Source of the DNA: Azolla caroliniana
Lineage: Eukaryota > Plantae > Polypodiophyta
Length of the DNA: 64,000 bases
Assembly: GCA_043228905.1 (NCBI GenBank)
Contig: JBHGNT010000007.1
Location: 15,872,001-15,936,000 of the forward strand
Reading direction: 5' to 3'
Shown: one piece after another, positions 50,537 to 61,067 of the stretch
Numbering within the stretch: position 1 is the first letter of the stretch
How the letters are laid out: each line of letters opens with the position of its first letter
Program-made: the position numbers and the translations under genes
The notes under the pieces: generated by a model
Seen by the model: only the letters and a program-made list of their open reading frames with translations
What the model was told of the DNA's origin: nothing
Database searches by the model: none

Positions 50537-50713
50537 CTGTAGTAGCTATGCTAACGGTAGCACGATTTGATAGTCCTGTAGTGCTTGCCACGTCGGGTTT
50601 TCTCCTGGCTGTATGATTTCTTCGTCTTTTGGCATATTTTGGTCTCTTACTTCTGCCGCATTCTGTTCATTGGCCTCCTTGATCCATTGCGCCGCTTGTT
50701 TTCTAATTGCCTC

Positions 50714-51757
50714 CTAGGCTTCCCACTCGGTGGTCTTTCCCTTTGACCGGGTTGTGACCTGCTGTACTTCTGTTATTTTGGTTGTAACCATGTTGACTGC
50801 CGGCCGCTTGTCATTGGTTTTGCTTGGGCATTGGTTACTATAATGGCCCTCCTTACGGCAGTAATAACAGTACACCTTGTGACTGTTGCTCGTTTCTCCT
50901 TTGTCCCCGGTTTGGAGGGTGGGTATACTTCGGCGGTCGTCTTCGGTTTTTCGGTTATCCGGTACCGATACCGGGTTGTCATTCCTTGCTGCCTCCCGAC
51001 GTTCCTCTCTTCGGAAAAATCCACGCTTCTGATTCCGTCGGAAATTTCGGTTCCCTTGTCGCCTCTCTTCTCTGCGTCGTTCGTATTTCGGGGATTCGTC
51101 TCGGTCGTACCGGTCCCGGGGGTAGCTATCTCTGCGTTTCTCCTCTCGGTCATAGTTATCGCGTCTTCTATCAGCGTATCTGTTACCGCGTTCGCGTTGG
51201 TAGCGGTCGTCTCTCCGGAATCGATCCTCATCCGGGTTCTGATTGCGCGGTTCTATGTGTCGAACCGGTGTTGCCTGCCGATTTAACAAGTTATATTCGC
51301 ATCGGTCCGTTGTATGGGCTCGAGAGTTGCAGATCATACATTGTGTCCGCAGGGTGCAGTCTACTGTTGAGTGGCCCGAATTTAGGCATGTTGTGCATTG
51401 TAAGGCCTGTCGGAACCTCAGGTCTTCCTCCTTCGGGAGTGCCCGGTGTAACATCCCCATCGACAAGAAGGAGCTAGTCTTGTCCATTTCTAAGACCCGA
51501 TCAATAACTTGGTCCATTGTGCTGGTGTGGAAATCAAGGACTCCGCACATTGTTCGAAGTGGCTCTTTCGGCCAAAAAGACTGCTTTGGCTTCGTCTTCG
51601 GGTGGTGCTCTCGTCAGTTGGCTGTGCAGGGTCTGAAACCGAATGATGAATTGTGGCACAGACTCGTTCTCTTCCTACCGGGTGGTGTAGAACTGCCCAA
51701 CCAATTCCCTTTGCTCAACTTGTCTGTGAAAAAGCCTGAGGAATTTGGCCTTCAAGG
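50714..51757 (-). pseudogene. N1 gag, 3' part (5' part at 57421-57783)
   Basis: Zinc knuckles CTTCLNSGHSTVDC, CMICNSRAHTTDRC and CYYCRKEGHYSNQC. Split by the chromovirus insertion. Confidence 0.85.
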
Positions 51758-51902
51758 TGTCATGATATGGCAAGACTCGAACCCATGACCTTAGGTTATA
51801 TGGGTCGAGCTCTTGACCACTAGACCATCTATTGTAATACGTAGGATATTATTTTCATTTACATTTTATTATAGGAAATTATTGTATATTCCAGATTTCT
51901 CT

Positions 51903-51922
51903 GGAACATTCTAGAAGCTTCA
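51903..51922 (+). promoter_or_regulatory. Perfect 4-unit heat-shock element upstream of the LTR TATA box (copy at 57120-57139)
   Basis: gGAAc-aTTCt-aGAAg-cTTCa, with TATAAAA at 51942. Confidence 0.85.
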
Positions 51923-52052
51923 GGATTACTCCTGAAAACACTATAAAAAAGGGCATTAGGCATTATGTTGAACCAAATTGGTTCAATGCCAGTCTTAAGC
52001 CTTTTAGCCACCGTTGTATATTCTCTTCATATAATAAATATCTTTCTTATCA

Positions 52053-52105
<53 letters not shown>

Positions 52106-52282
52106 GTCTCGCTCACTTCTTCCTTCTCTCGAAGAAGTTCCACACCTCTCATAGTACTAATCCTTCGTTTAGTACTAATTCCTTCTCTGTCTCAGTATTG
52201 TTCATGACAGTTTGAACCAATTTTCCTACCTTCTGTCTCTCTCATTTCCTACTAATCTTTTATTCCTCTTTTCTTTCATCCC

Positions 52283-53401
52283 ATGGCCACTGTTAGCGCT
52301 GAAGAATATCAATCTGTTTTCTCGGAACTCCAATGCTTGAGGGAGAAGTTCCATGCTTTGGAACAAGAAAACCAACGGTTGCTGGGGGATCTTCAGCAAA
52401 TCTCCTTAGAAAAGCAGCAAACGCAACAACAACATGGGGAACTTGCGTTACGCGTGCAACAACTCGAAGCCACCATCGTAGCGATGCAACAACATGGGCC
52501 CCGAACACAAGGGATTCATAAAGAACCTAAGATTGGCCTTCCCACGAAGTTCGATGGAACGCGATCGCAGTTTAGAGGGTTCCTTAACCAGGTACGATTA
52601 GTTATTCAAATGCATCCTTCCCGATATCCCACCGATGCATCACGAGTGGGTTTAGTAGGCACTTTGTTAAGTGGCTCAGCGTTGTCATGGTTCGCTCCAC
52701 TATTAGAAAAGGAATCTCCGTTACTCAACAATTTTGAAGAGTTTCTAGGTGAGTTTAAAGCATGTTTCGGAGATACTGACAGCATCAGGACCGCAATCAA
52801 CAAAATCCGGCGATTACGCCAAGGTGACCGTCCAGCCTCCACATACGCTGCAGATTTTCGCCTACTCGCCGCCGATATCCCTTGGGATGATCAAGCGTTG
52901 ATGGAGCAATTCCGTTATGGTTTACGCAACGACGTCAAGGATTTACTCTTGACCTTCCCCGAAGAGCCAAAGTCCTTAACAGAAGCAATCAGTCGCGCGG
53001 TGAGATGTGACAACCGCCTCTTTGAGCGACGTTCGGAACGACAGCTACAAATGCCGAGGGCAAGATCAGAGCCCACCTACGCCTCAGTGGTAGCAAGACC
53101 TTTTCCGAGGGAGTCATATAATGCGTCTCCAGCGAATACTCCGACTCCGATGGAGATTGACACTACACGTCGTCGAGGGCCATTATCCGAAGAAGAAAAG
53201 CAGCGACGCCGTACAAATCGACTATGTCTTTACTGCGGTGGACCAGGACATATCGCAATAAATTGCCCCCATAGGCCAAGAAGACAGGTAAACCAAATAG
53301 TCGCTAGTTCTAATTATACTAAATCCGAGCCTATTTCCGTAGGGATATCTGATAGTCCTAATAGTACTAATATCCCAGATCTAGCAGAGTTAAACGACTA
53401 A
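52283..53401 (+). CDS. gag: Chromovirus Gag (coiled coil, capsid, CCHC knuckle)
   Basis: Intact 372 aa: PTKFDG..FRGFLNQ, LRQG, PMEID and CLYCGGPGHIAINC. Confidence 0.95.
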   Translation: MATVSAEEYQSVFSELQCLREKFHALEQENQRLLGDLQQISLEKQQTQQQHGELALRVQQLEATIVAMQQHGPRTQGIHKEPKIGLPTKFDGTRSQFRGFLNQVRLVIQMHPSRYPTDASRVGLVGTLLSGSALSWFAPLLEKESPLLNNFEEFLGEFKACFGDTDSIRTAINKIRRLRQGDRPASTYAADFRLLAADIPWDDQALMEQFRYGLRNDVKDLLLTFPEEPKSLTEAISRAVRCDNRLFERRSERQLQMPRARSEPTYASVVARPFPRESYNASPANTPTPMEIDTTRRRGPLSEEEKQRRRTNRLCLYCGGPGHIAINCPHRPRRQVNQIVASSNYTKSEPISVGISDSPNSTNIPDLAELND

Positions 53402-53427
53402 GTCCAGCCAAAATAGGAGCCGTTTGG

Positions 53428-56400
53428 TTGGACAGCCCTAGATCTGTGCAGCCCATTAGTGGTTCCATTCCCTCTAAGCAAGTTAGTGATGTGTTCATAG
53501 CCCAAGTAATAGTTAGTACTAAAAGTACCCCTCCAGTACATGTCCTAGCACTCCTAGATTCCGGAGCTAACTCTTGCTTTATGGATAAGAAATTTGCTCA
53601 AGCTCATAAGATATCCCTAAGAAAACTCCAGTGTCCAGCCTCTGTAGTAGTCATTGATGGACGTCCCATTGCTTCCGGAAATATCCTAGAAGAGTCAGAG
53701 CCCATTAATATTGTCCTAGATAACTTAGTATGTGTAGTATCATTTAATATTATTAGTATCCCAGAACATCCTATAGTTTTAGGACTACCGTGGTTCGAGT
53801 TACATAACCCTGACATAGATTGGAGAACAAGAGAAATCCGGTGTCGACAAACCCAAGGGTCAACTCAGAAGATGGCAACCATTTCGCTACGTCAGTTGCG
53901 TAAAGAAGGGCACGAGGAAATGTTCCTCTTTGCAATATCAGTAAACCCCTCCAACACCACTAAAGAAGAATCCACCGTTCAACTTCCCGAGAAGTATCGC
54001 CATTACACCGATGTGTTCGATAAAGTACAAGCCAACACTCTTCCTCATCATCGACCGTACGATTGCCCCATCGATTTACAACCGGGAAAAGAGCCGCCAT
54101 GGGGACCGATCTACAATTTGTCACCAACCGAGCTGGAAGTCCTTCGGGCCTATATAGAGGAGAATTTGGAAAATGGTTTCATTCGGCATTCGAAATCTCC
54201 AGCCGGTGCGCCCATTTTCTTCGTCAAGAAAAAAGATGGATCGCTTCGTCTCGTTGTAGATTACCGTGGCTTGAATAAGGTTACAATCAGGAATAGGTAT
54301 GCTCTTCCCCTTATCTCAAGTCTTTTAGAACGGATCAATGGTGCCAGGTTCTTCACGAAGATCGACTTACGGGGAGCATATAACCTCGTACGGATCCGAC
54401 CAGGAGACAAATGGAAGACCGCGTTTCGCACCAGATATGGGCACTTCGAGTATACTGTCATGCCGTTCGGCCTCACTAATGCGCCGGCAGTCTTCCAGCA
54501 CATGGCTAATGATATATTCCGAGATCTATTGGATGATTGTTTGATCATCTATTTGGATGATCTACTGGTTTATTCAAAGACCCAAGAAGAACATGATTCT
54601 CATGTACTATTAGTACTAAAACGACTTCGAGAACATGGTCTGTATGCAAAGCTAGAAAAATGTAGTTTCGGGTGCAACCAAGTGGAATTTCTCGGCTACA
54701 TCATTTCGTCAGACGGCATCTCCATGGACCCAGCTAAGGTCAGAACGGTGGTAGAATGGCAGACTCCGCGTTCGGTACAGGATGTGCAATGCTTCTTAGG
54801 CTTTGCCAATTTTTACCGGAAGTTCATACAGGATTACTCAAAGATCGTTCTACCTCTCACACAACTTACCAGGAAGGGACAACCGTTCATCTGGTCTGAA
54901 GAAACGGACATGGCTTTCGAGAGTCTTAAAAAAGCATTTACATCGGCTCCAATTCTAGCTCATGTCGATCCGGAGAAACCATTCATTATCGAAGCTGACG
55001 CATCGGATTTTGCATTGGGGAGCATTCTGTCACAACAAGGGAATGATGAAAAGCTACATCCTGTGGCTTTTCACTCACGCAAGTTTGATGCCGCCGAAAT
55101 CAACTACGAAATCCATGATAAGGAGCTATTGGCAATAGTGGATTCTTTTATGCAATGGAGGCATTTTCTGGAGGAATCCTCTCATCCAGTCACCGTATTT
55201 AGTGACCACAAGAATCTTGCCTACTTTCAGGATGCTCGTGTGTTGAATCGACGTCAAGCTCGGTGGGCCCACTTCCTCACACGTTTCGACTTCAAAATTA
55301 CATATCGTCCGGGGAGGCACCAAGGGAAGGCAGATGCATTATCACGGCGTTCGTATCTAGCACCCCGTCCCGGCGAGCCAGCTTTCGATAACCAAAAACA
55401 AGTCATCTTGGGACCGGCACGATTACAAGCAACACAAATCTTTGACATGCCTATGGATTCCCGCGTTATCGATACCATACGTGAAGACTTGAAGACAGAT
55501 GCGTTCGCCCAAGCTATACTAGCACAAATTGATCCCTCTCGAGCGTCGTGTTCACAGTCGCAACCACCAGGTACGGACTATCGGCAATTCAAATACCATG
55601 ATGGATTACTCTTCTTTAAAGAACTTTTGTATGTTCCTAATGGTTCTTGCCGCCTTCGAGTAGTACAAAACTGTCATGACACATATACAGCTGGGCATTT
55701 TGGTAGTACTAAAACATTACATTTAGTACAACGATCATTCTGGTGGCCCTGTATGCGACAATTTGTCGAGGATTTTGTTCGGACTTGTGATACATGTTGC
55801 AGAGCGAAAATGCCAAAGCATCATCCATATGGTTTATTAGAACCATTATCAATTCCAAGCAAGCCGTGGCAATCCATTGCTCTAGACTTCATCACAGATC
55901 TTCCAGCCTCTAAGGGGTTCAATGCGATTCTAACGGTGGTCGATCGATATACGAAGATGGCTCATTTCTTGCCATGTACTAAGGAGATCTCCAGTGAAGA
56001 CACTGCCGAAATTGTCATGCGTGAAGTATGTCGGCATCATGGACTCCCCGATAGTATCATCAGCGACCGTGGACCCCAGTTCGTGTCAAAATTCTGGAAG
56101 CACCTTTTTAACATGCTCAAGGTCACTTGTAACCTCTCTTCCGGCTACCACCCACAAACTGACGGCCAAGCTGAACGAACAAATCAAACGTTGGAGCAGT
56201 ATCTGCGGTGCTTTCTCAGCTATCATCAGGACGACTGGGCAGATATTCTCCACTTCGCCGAATTTGCCTATAACAACTCTATCCACGCATCCACTAAAGT
56301 TATGCCATTTTATGCTTATACGGGATGTCACCCCCGGTGGAGTGTACTTGAAACCCCAGAGGTGTCCACAAATCCGTGCGCGGAGGATCGTTTGGAGCGG

Positions 56401-56982
56401 TTACGCAAGATACAAGCGGATTTATTTACTCATCTCCAGCAAGCTCAACAAACACACAAGGTCTACGCGGATCGTCATCGACTTCCATCTAGTTTTAATA
56501 TTGGAGATCGGGTGTGGTTGCTACGACGACACATCAAGACTACTCGCCCATGTGAGAAGTTGGATTATCGGCGATTAGGTCCTTTCCGTATTATTGGAAA
56601 GATTAATGATGTTGCTTTTCGTCTCGATCTACCTCCTCAACTTCGGATACATCCGGTGTTTCATAGTTCTCTCTTCGAACCCTACCACGAGAGCACCATC
56701 CCAAAACGTCTTATCCAACCTCCACCCCCGATCGAGCTTGAAGATGGGCCGGAGTACGAGGTTGCCGCCATTCTTGATTCCAAGATTGTTCGCAACAAGC
56801 TCTACTATCTAGTCGATTGGCTAGGCTATAGTCCCAGCGAACGTACTTGGGAACCGATCGAGAATGTAACCAATGCTCGTGCTCTTCTTGAAGACTTCCA
56901 TCGTCAATATCCACACAAACCGGGTCCTCAATCCAAGACGACTCGTGACACTCGTCGTTTTAAAGGGGGGATAGTGTCATGA
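53428..56982 (+). CDS. pol: Chromovirus Pol (PR-RT-RH-INT-chromodomain), -1 frame to gag
   Basis: Intact 1184 aa: LLDSGA, YLDD, DASDFALG, HHCC, DFITDL..SDRG, GPF and chromodomain EYEVAAILDS..YLVDWLGY..TWEP. Confidence 0.97.
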   Translation: MDSPRSVQPISGSIPSKQVSDVFIAQVIVSTKSTPPVHVLALLDSGANSCFMDKKFAQAHKISLRKLQCPASVVVIDGRPIASGNILEESEPINIVLDNLVCVVSFNIISIPEHPIVLGLPWFELHNPDIDWRTREIRCRQTQGSTQKMATISLRQLRKEGHEEMFLFAISVNPSNTTKEESTVQLPEKYRHYTDVFDKVQANTLPHHRPYDCPIDLQPGKEPPWGPIYNLSPTELEVLRAYIEENLENGFIRHSKSPAGAPIFFVKKKDGSLRLVVDYRGLNKVTIRNRYALPLISSLLERINGARFFTKIDLRGAYNLVRIRPGDKWKTAFRTRYGHFEYTVMPFGLTNAPAVFQHMANDIFRDLLDDCLIIYLDDLLVYSKTQEEHDSHVLLVLKRLREHGLYAKLEKCSFGCNQVEFLGYIISSDGISMDPAKVRTVVEWQTPRSVQDVQCFLGFANFYRKFIQDYSKIVLPLTQLTRKGQPFIWSEETDMAFESLKKAFTSAPILAHVDPEKPFIIEADASDFALGSILSQQGNDEKLHPVAFHSRKFDAAEINYEIHDKELLAIVDSFMQWRHFLEESSHPVTVFSDHKNLAYFQDARVLNRRQARWAHFLTRFDFKITYRPGRHQGKADALSRRSYLAPRPGEPAFDNQKQVILGPARLQATQIFDMPMDSRVIDTIREDLKTDAFAQAILAQIDPSRASCSQSQPPGTDYRQFKYHDGLLFFKELLYVPNGSCRLRVVQNCHDTYTAGHFGSTKTLHLVQRSFWWPCMRQFVEDFVRTCDTCCRAKMPKHHPYGLLEPLSIPSKPWQSIALDFITDLPASKGFNAILTVVDRYTKMAHFLPCTKEISSEDTAEIVMREVCRHHGLPDSIISDRGPQFVSKFWKHLFNMLKVTCNLSSGYHPQTDGQAERTNQTLEQYLRCFLSYHQDDWADILHFAEFAYNNSIHASTKVMPFYAYTGCHPRWSVLETPEVSTNPCAEDRLERLRKIQADLFTHLQQAQQTHKVYADRHRLPSSFNIGDRVWLLRRHIKTTRPCEKLDYRRLGPFRIIGKINDVAFRLDLPPQLRIHPVFHSSLFEPYHESTIPKRLIQPPPPIELEDGPEYEVAAILDSKIVRNKLYYLVDWLGYSPSERTWEPIENVTNARALLEDFHRQYPHKPGPQSKTTRDTRRFKGGIVS

Positions 56983-57269
56983 TATGGCAAGACTCGAACC
57001 CATGACCTTAGGTTATATGGGTCGAGCTCTTGACCACTAGACCATCTATTGTAATACGTAGGATATTATTTTCATTTACATTTTATTATAGGAAATTATT
57101 GTATATTCCAGATTTCTCTGGAACATTCTAGAAGCTTCAGGATTACTCCTGAAAACACTATAAAAAAGGGCATTAGGCATTATGTTGAACCAAATTGGTT
57201 CAACGCCAGTCTTAAGCCTTTTAGCCACCGTTGTATATTCTCTTCATATAATAAATATCTTTCTTATCA

Positions 57270-57316
<47 letters not shown>

Positions 57317-58907
57317 GTCTCGCTCACTTCTTCCTTCTCTCGAAGAAGTTCCACACCTCTCATAGTACTAATCCTTCGTTTAGTACTAATTCCTTCTCTG
57401 TCTCAGTACTGTTCATGACACAAGGCATCGAATGTGGCAAAGCTGCCCGGTAAGTGCTTTGCGTGCCATCGGGCCGCCGGTCCTTCTAAGGTCATGCCGA
57501 ATTCGGCGACTTTGGATCGTTCGGCTTCGGGCTCCGTCAGTCTTTGGGAGACATGGTTGGCTTCCCATGTTTGGAGGAATGCGTACACGTGTGCCTCCGC
57601 GTCGGGCTCATCCCGGTACTTTGGGTATGGGTACGGCATCGTGTCGTCCAACTGACTCTTCTGCTTTCTCCGCTCTCTGTCCGATGTTGGCGTCGGTGTG
57701 AGAACCTTTGGTTCCTCCGCGGTTGGTGCCGGTATCCGCTCCTTCAGTTCCTCCGCGGGTGTTGCCGGTGTCCGGTATATTTCATCGAAGGATGTGGGTT
57801 TATCGTGATCTTTCATTGAAGGATGTGGGTTCGTTGAAAGGTGAGGGTTTGGCGAAAGATGTGGGTTCGTCAAAAGATGGGTTCGTCGAAAGATGTGGGT
57901 TCGTCGAACTTTGATCTTTCGTCGAAAGATGTGGGTTCATCGAACTTTGATCTTGTTCTCTTGTTGAACTTGATCTTTCAACTAACTTTGTGTGGGAAAT
58001 TTGAATTTTTTTGCGCCAATGGCTGTTTCGTGGCCCGTAGGATGATCGTTGTCAGCGAGAATCGCGGTGCTTACTTTTGCCCTACAATGGCTAAATCTCA
58101 ACAATGCTTAGCATTAACCGGACGAATAGCTTGCTAATGTCGGGGCGATTAAGGGGGGGGTAAATTAAAACTAAAAAACAGAAAATTAACTTAATTAAAA
58201 TGTGAAATAGTGAGCCTTTTAATTAACACAAATAGTGGTTTCCTTTCGATTTCTTCCCTTATTAAGTGGGTTTCCTATAAGTGTTTGACCACTCGAAACT
58301 GGCTTCAAGTGTCAGTCGTATCCCCGGCAGCGGTGCCAAATAGATGTGAAGGATCTATGTATCGATGGAGTTAACTCCTCGATGTCATTTGCAGAGTTCG
58401 GACCGGCGTATACCCTTTTGATGGCGAATCGGGCGAAGATGGTTGTCGGACACCTTCGAGCCTCACACTCACTTAACGATTAATAGATGATTAAGCACAA
58501 TATCTCTCTCACTCTCTCAAGCTCGCTCTCATAGAAAATAGGGTAATGAATATGGACAATAAGAGTAATGAATATGTTATTAACCCTCTTTGCTAAGAGG
58601 TCTAGCACCAACAAGGAAGAGAGATTAGTGTTCTCTAACTAAACACTTCACTAATCTCCTTTAAGCTTAAAGGTTACAAGGAAGAGGAGAGGAAGCTCTA
58701 GCTCTTACAAATGGAAGAACCCTTACAAAGACACCACCATGTGGTTTATATAGCATTTACATTTAGGGTATGGACCTTTCACACTTGGATGTCTCTTAGC
58801 CCTCTTTCCTCTTGCCATTCCCTCTTCGTAGGTCCTTTAGCCATACTACGTCCTTGTTGATGCACTCTTCTTCATTACCAGTCGTGGTGTGATCCAAGCG
58901 CTTAACA

Positions 58908-59666
58908 AGTTGCACATGCTCTTGATCTTGACGGTGTAATCCAAGAGTATGTTGTTCGACTCTTGCCGGAGTTGAAGCTTGCATGTCGTCGTGTTGGCGG
59001 CAAAAAAATTATTTAAGTTTGTCCATGCTTCTTTAAGCGTCTTAGCGTCTCGAATGTGGTTAAGCACGTGGTCGTGGACACATGTTGCCAAACAATACAT
59101 TACGCGACTTGCTTCTTGCTCCCACGTTGGGTAGTTGACGTTTCTAATGTCGGGTTTTTTTTCGAGTGTGCCATTGATGTAGCTCCAATACCCTTGGCCG
59201 ACTAGATATTGGTTCATCTTGTACTCCCAAGATGAAAAATTGGTCCAGTCTAGTTTTTCACTAGGGAGCGAGCTACCCATTTGTGTGCTCATGTTGATGT
59301 AGTGTCTTCCTTTTTGGCTTTTCTTTCTTTAGTCACATACACATGCTACATAGCAACACTATAGTAGCAGATAGCCGGATTTGTCATCGGCATCTCGAAC
59401 ACACAATCATTAAGAGTCAGGTGGGCTAAGTGGATATGCTAAACCACGCGCTCTGATACCATATTAATAATTAGGTAATTAAATAAGCGTTAATTAGTAT
59501 CTAATTATGTGAGAAGTTAATCACGCATGTGATTAAGCCATGTAAGCCTATGTGATATGTGTGTGTATGTCCGTGAGTGAAAGAGATAGAGGAAGTTACA
59601 CTTATGAACAATAAGATAAATGGGGGATGATTAACAAGAGTGTAGCTAGATAACCATTATCTATAT
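58908..59666 (-). mobile_element. Ty1/copia 5' part: gag N-terminus, PBS-Met and partial LTR
   Basis: Reads MGSSLPSEKLDWTNFSSWEYKMNQYLVGQGYW, with TGGTATCAGAGC on the minus strand at 59461-59450. Confidence 0.88.
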
Positions 59667-59843
59667 TGTTGAGAGTCAAACTCAACTTCCCATAGCAATA
59701 GGTTTCACACTAGCTCATGGACATACCAGGCTAGTTTTGTAAATAGTAGAAAGGGCACTTACCCTAGTTTAGTTTGTATTTAAACCAACCCCTTGTAACT
59801 TAGTTACTGTTGGAAGTATTTTGATTAATGTAACATACAGTCT

Positions 59844-59881
<38 letters not shown>

Positions 59882-61067
59882 CCTTACATGCATACACACA
59901 CACTCAATTATCTTCTGCTACATTACACCACCAACTCCATTTATTTACATGGTATCAAAGCGTGTGGTTACTTAATCGAATCTATTCAACTGTGTTGTGG
60001 TACACGCCGACGATCAACAGAACCGACTCATCAACAGAGAAGAAATCGACATAATGAACACTCAGATGGGAAGCGTTCTTCCTACAAAGAAGCTTGATAG
60101 AACGAATTTCCATCTTAAGAATACAAGATGCATCAATACCTTGTTGGAGAAGGTTACTGGAGCTAAATTGAAGGAGCTCACGAAACTCAACCCAACCCAA
60201 CAAACACCGACTATCCCACTTGGGAGCAGGCCACAACCCGTGTGTTGTATTGACTTGCATCATGCGTTCATGATCATATGCTTGGCTATATTTGAGATTC
60301 AAAAACACGGAAGGAAGCTTGGGGAAATCTTAAGAAGATTTTAGCGGCCAACACGGATGCACGAAAGCTCCAACTTCGACAGGAGCTAAACAACATGCAA
60401 AAGAGGGACATGTTGATCACAGGCTATACCTTAAAGATCAAGGAGCTGTGTGATGCCCTCGGTTCGATTAATGTCATAATCGACAATGAAGAGATGGTGC
60501 AAATATGCCTCAGCGGCTAAGGACCCTGATTTGGCTCGATTAGATCGGCCATCCTTGCAAGGGAGAACCCTCCTTCATTTTTCGATCTTCAATCAATATT
60601 GTTGGTTGAGGAACATCACGCCGACAAAGGAGCAACGCACCAGAGCATTATATGCTCTACTCCCAATCGGATGATAGAAGAAACTTCGACCGTGGAAATA
60701 GAGGTCGATTTGAACAAGACCGTAATGGTCGGCAGACTCAAGAGCGTAACCCCCACCAATGGCAAGCGAACAGGAACGGTCCTAGAGAATTCGGCAAAAG
60801 GGGGAGTCATCACGCAAGACTGAGCAATCATAACAACCCAATCGAATGCAGGTACCATGGAAAACACAGCCACTATGAAGAGGAGTGCCGAAAAAAGGTA
60901 TGAGACTCAGCTTCAACTAGCCGATGGCTCACAAACTACGCATCGAACTCCAACTACGACAATCGTAGCAGAATGTTCACGAATTACGCATCGAATTCGA
61001 ACTACGACTATCGTAGTTGAATGTTTACAAATTATGCCACGAATTCCAACTACGGCGACCATCGCGG
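59667..61067 (+). mobile_element. Ty1/copia 5' part: LTR ~59667-59949, PBS-Met, decayed gag
   Basis: TGTTG...TACA followed by TGGTATCAAAGC. Gag reads MGSVLPTKKLDRTNF, CRYHGKHSHYEEEC, and has ~42-bp NYA(S/T)NSNY repeats. Confidence 0.82.

Larger units (their letters stand above)
51758..57420 (+). mobile_element. Intact, recent chromovirus (Tcn1/Tf1-like); LTRs 51758-52209 and 56975-57420
   Basis: TGTCATGA...TCATGACA termini with TSD CAAGG (51753-51757 and 57421-57425). By eye the LTRs differ by 2 substitutions and 6 nt of (CT)n. PPT is AAAGGGGGGATAG. Confidence 0.97.
42987..57783 (-). mobile_element. Non-chromovirus gypsy N1 (gag-pol plus 3' extra ORF); 3' LTR 42987-43375, 5' LTR deleted
   Basis: LTR TGTTG...CAACA with CCTATAAAAG on the minus strand; gag and pol are on the minus strand. 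Its 5' end is fused to the A1 leader at ~57783. Confidence 0.85.
37031..58907 (-). mobile_element. Athila-like non-autonomous gypsy A1 (LTRs 37031-37611 and 58345-58907), host of N1 and the chromovirus
   Basis: Matching LTRs TGTG...AACA with TSD AGTTG (37026-37030 and 58908-58912). tRNA-Asp-type PBS TGGCACCGCTGCCGGGGA at 58338-58321, and a purine tract GGGCGGGA before the 3' LTR. Confidence 0.9.

Noticed and set aside
49641-50570. 309-aa plus-strand ORF and other long antisense ORFs over N1 and PLE-1
   Set aside because: They are shadow frames opposite recognisable coding sequence, with no motifs of their own.
51768-51829. Genuine tRNA gene
   Set aside because: A/B boxes are present but no convincing acceptor stem was found; it is duplicated as part of the LTR.
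59450-59961. Single LTR with a PBS on both sides (bidirectional copia)
   Set aside because: Better explained as a plus-strand copia (LTR from ~59667) inserted into the 5' LTR of a minus-strand copia.
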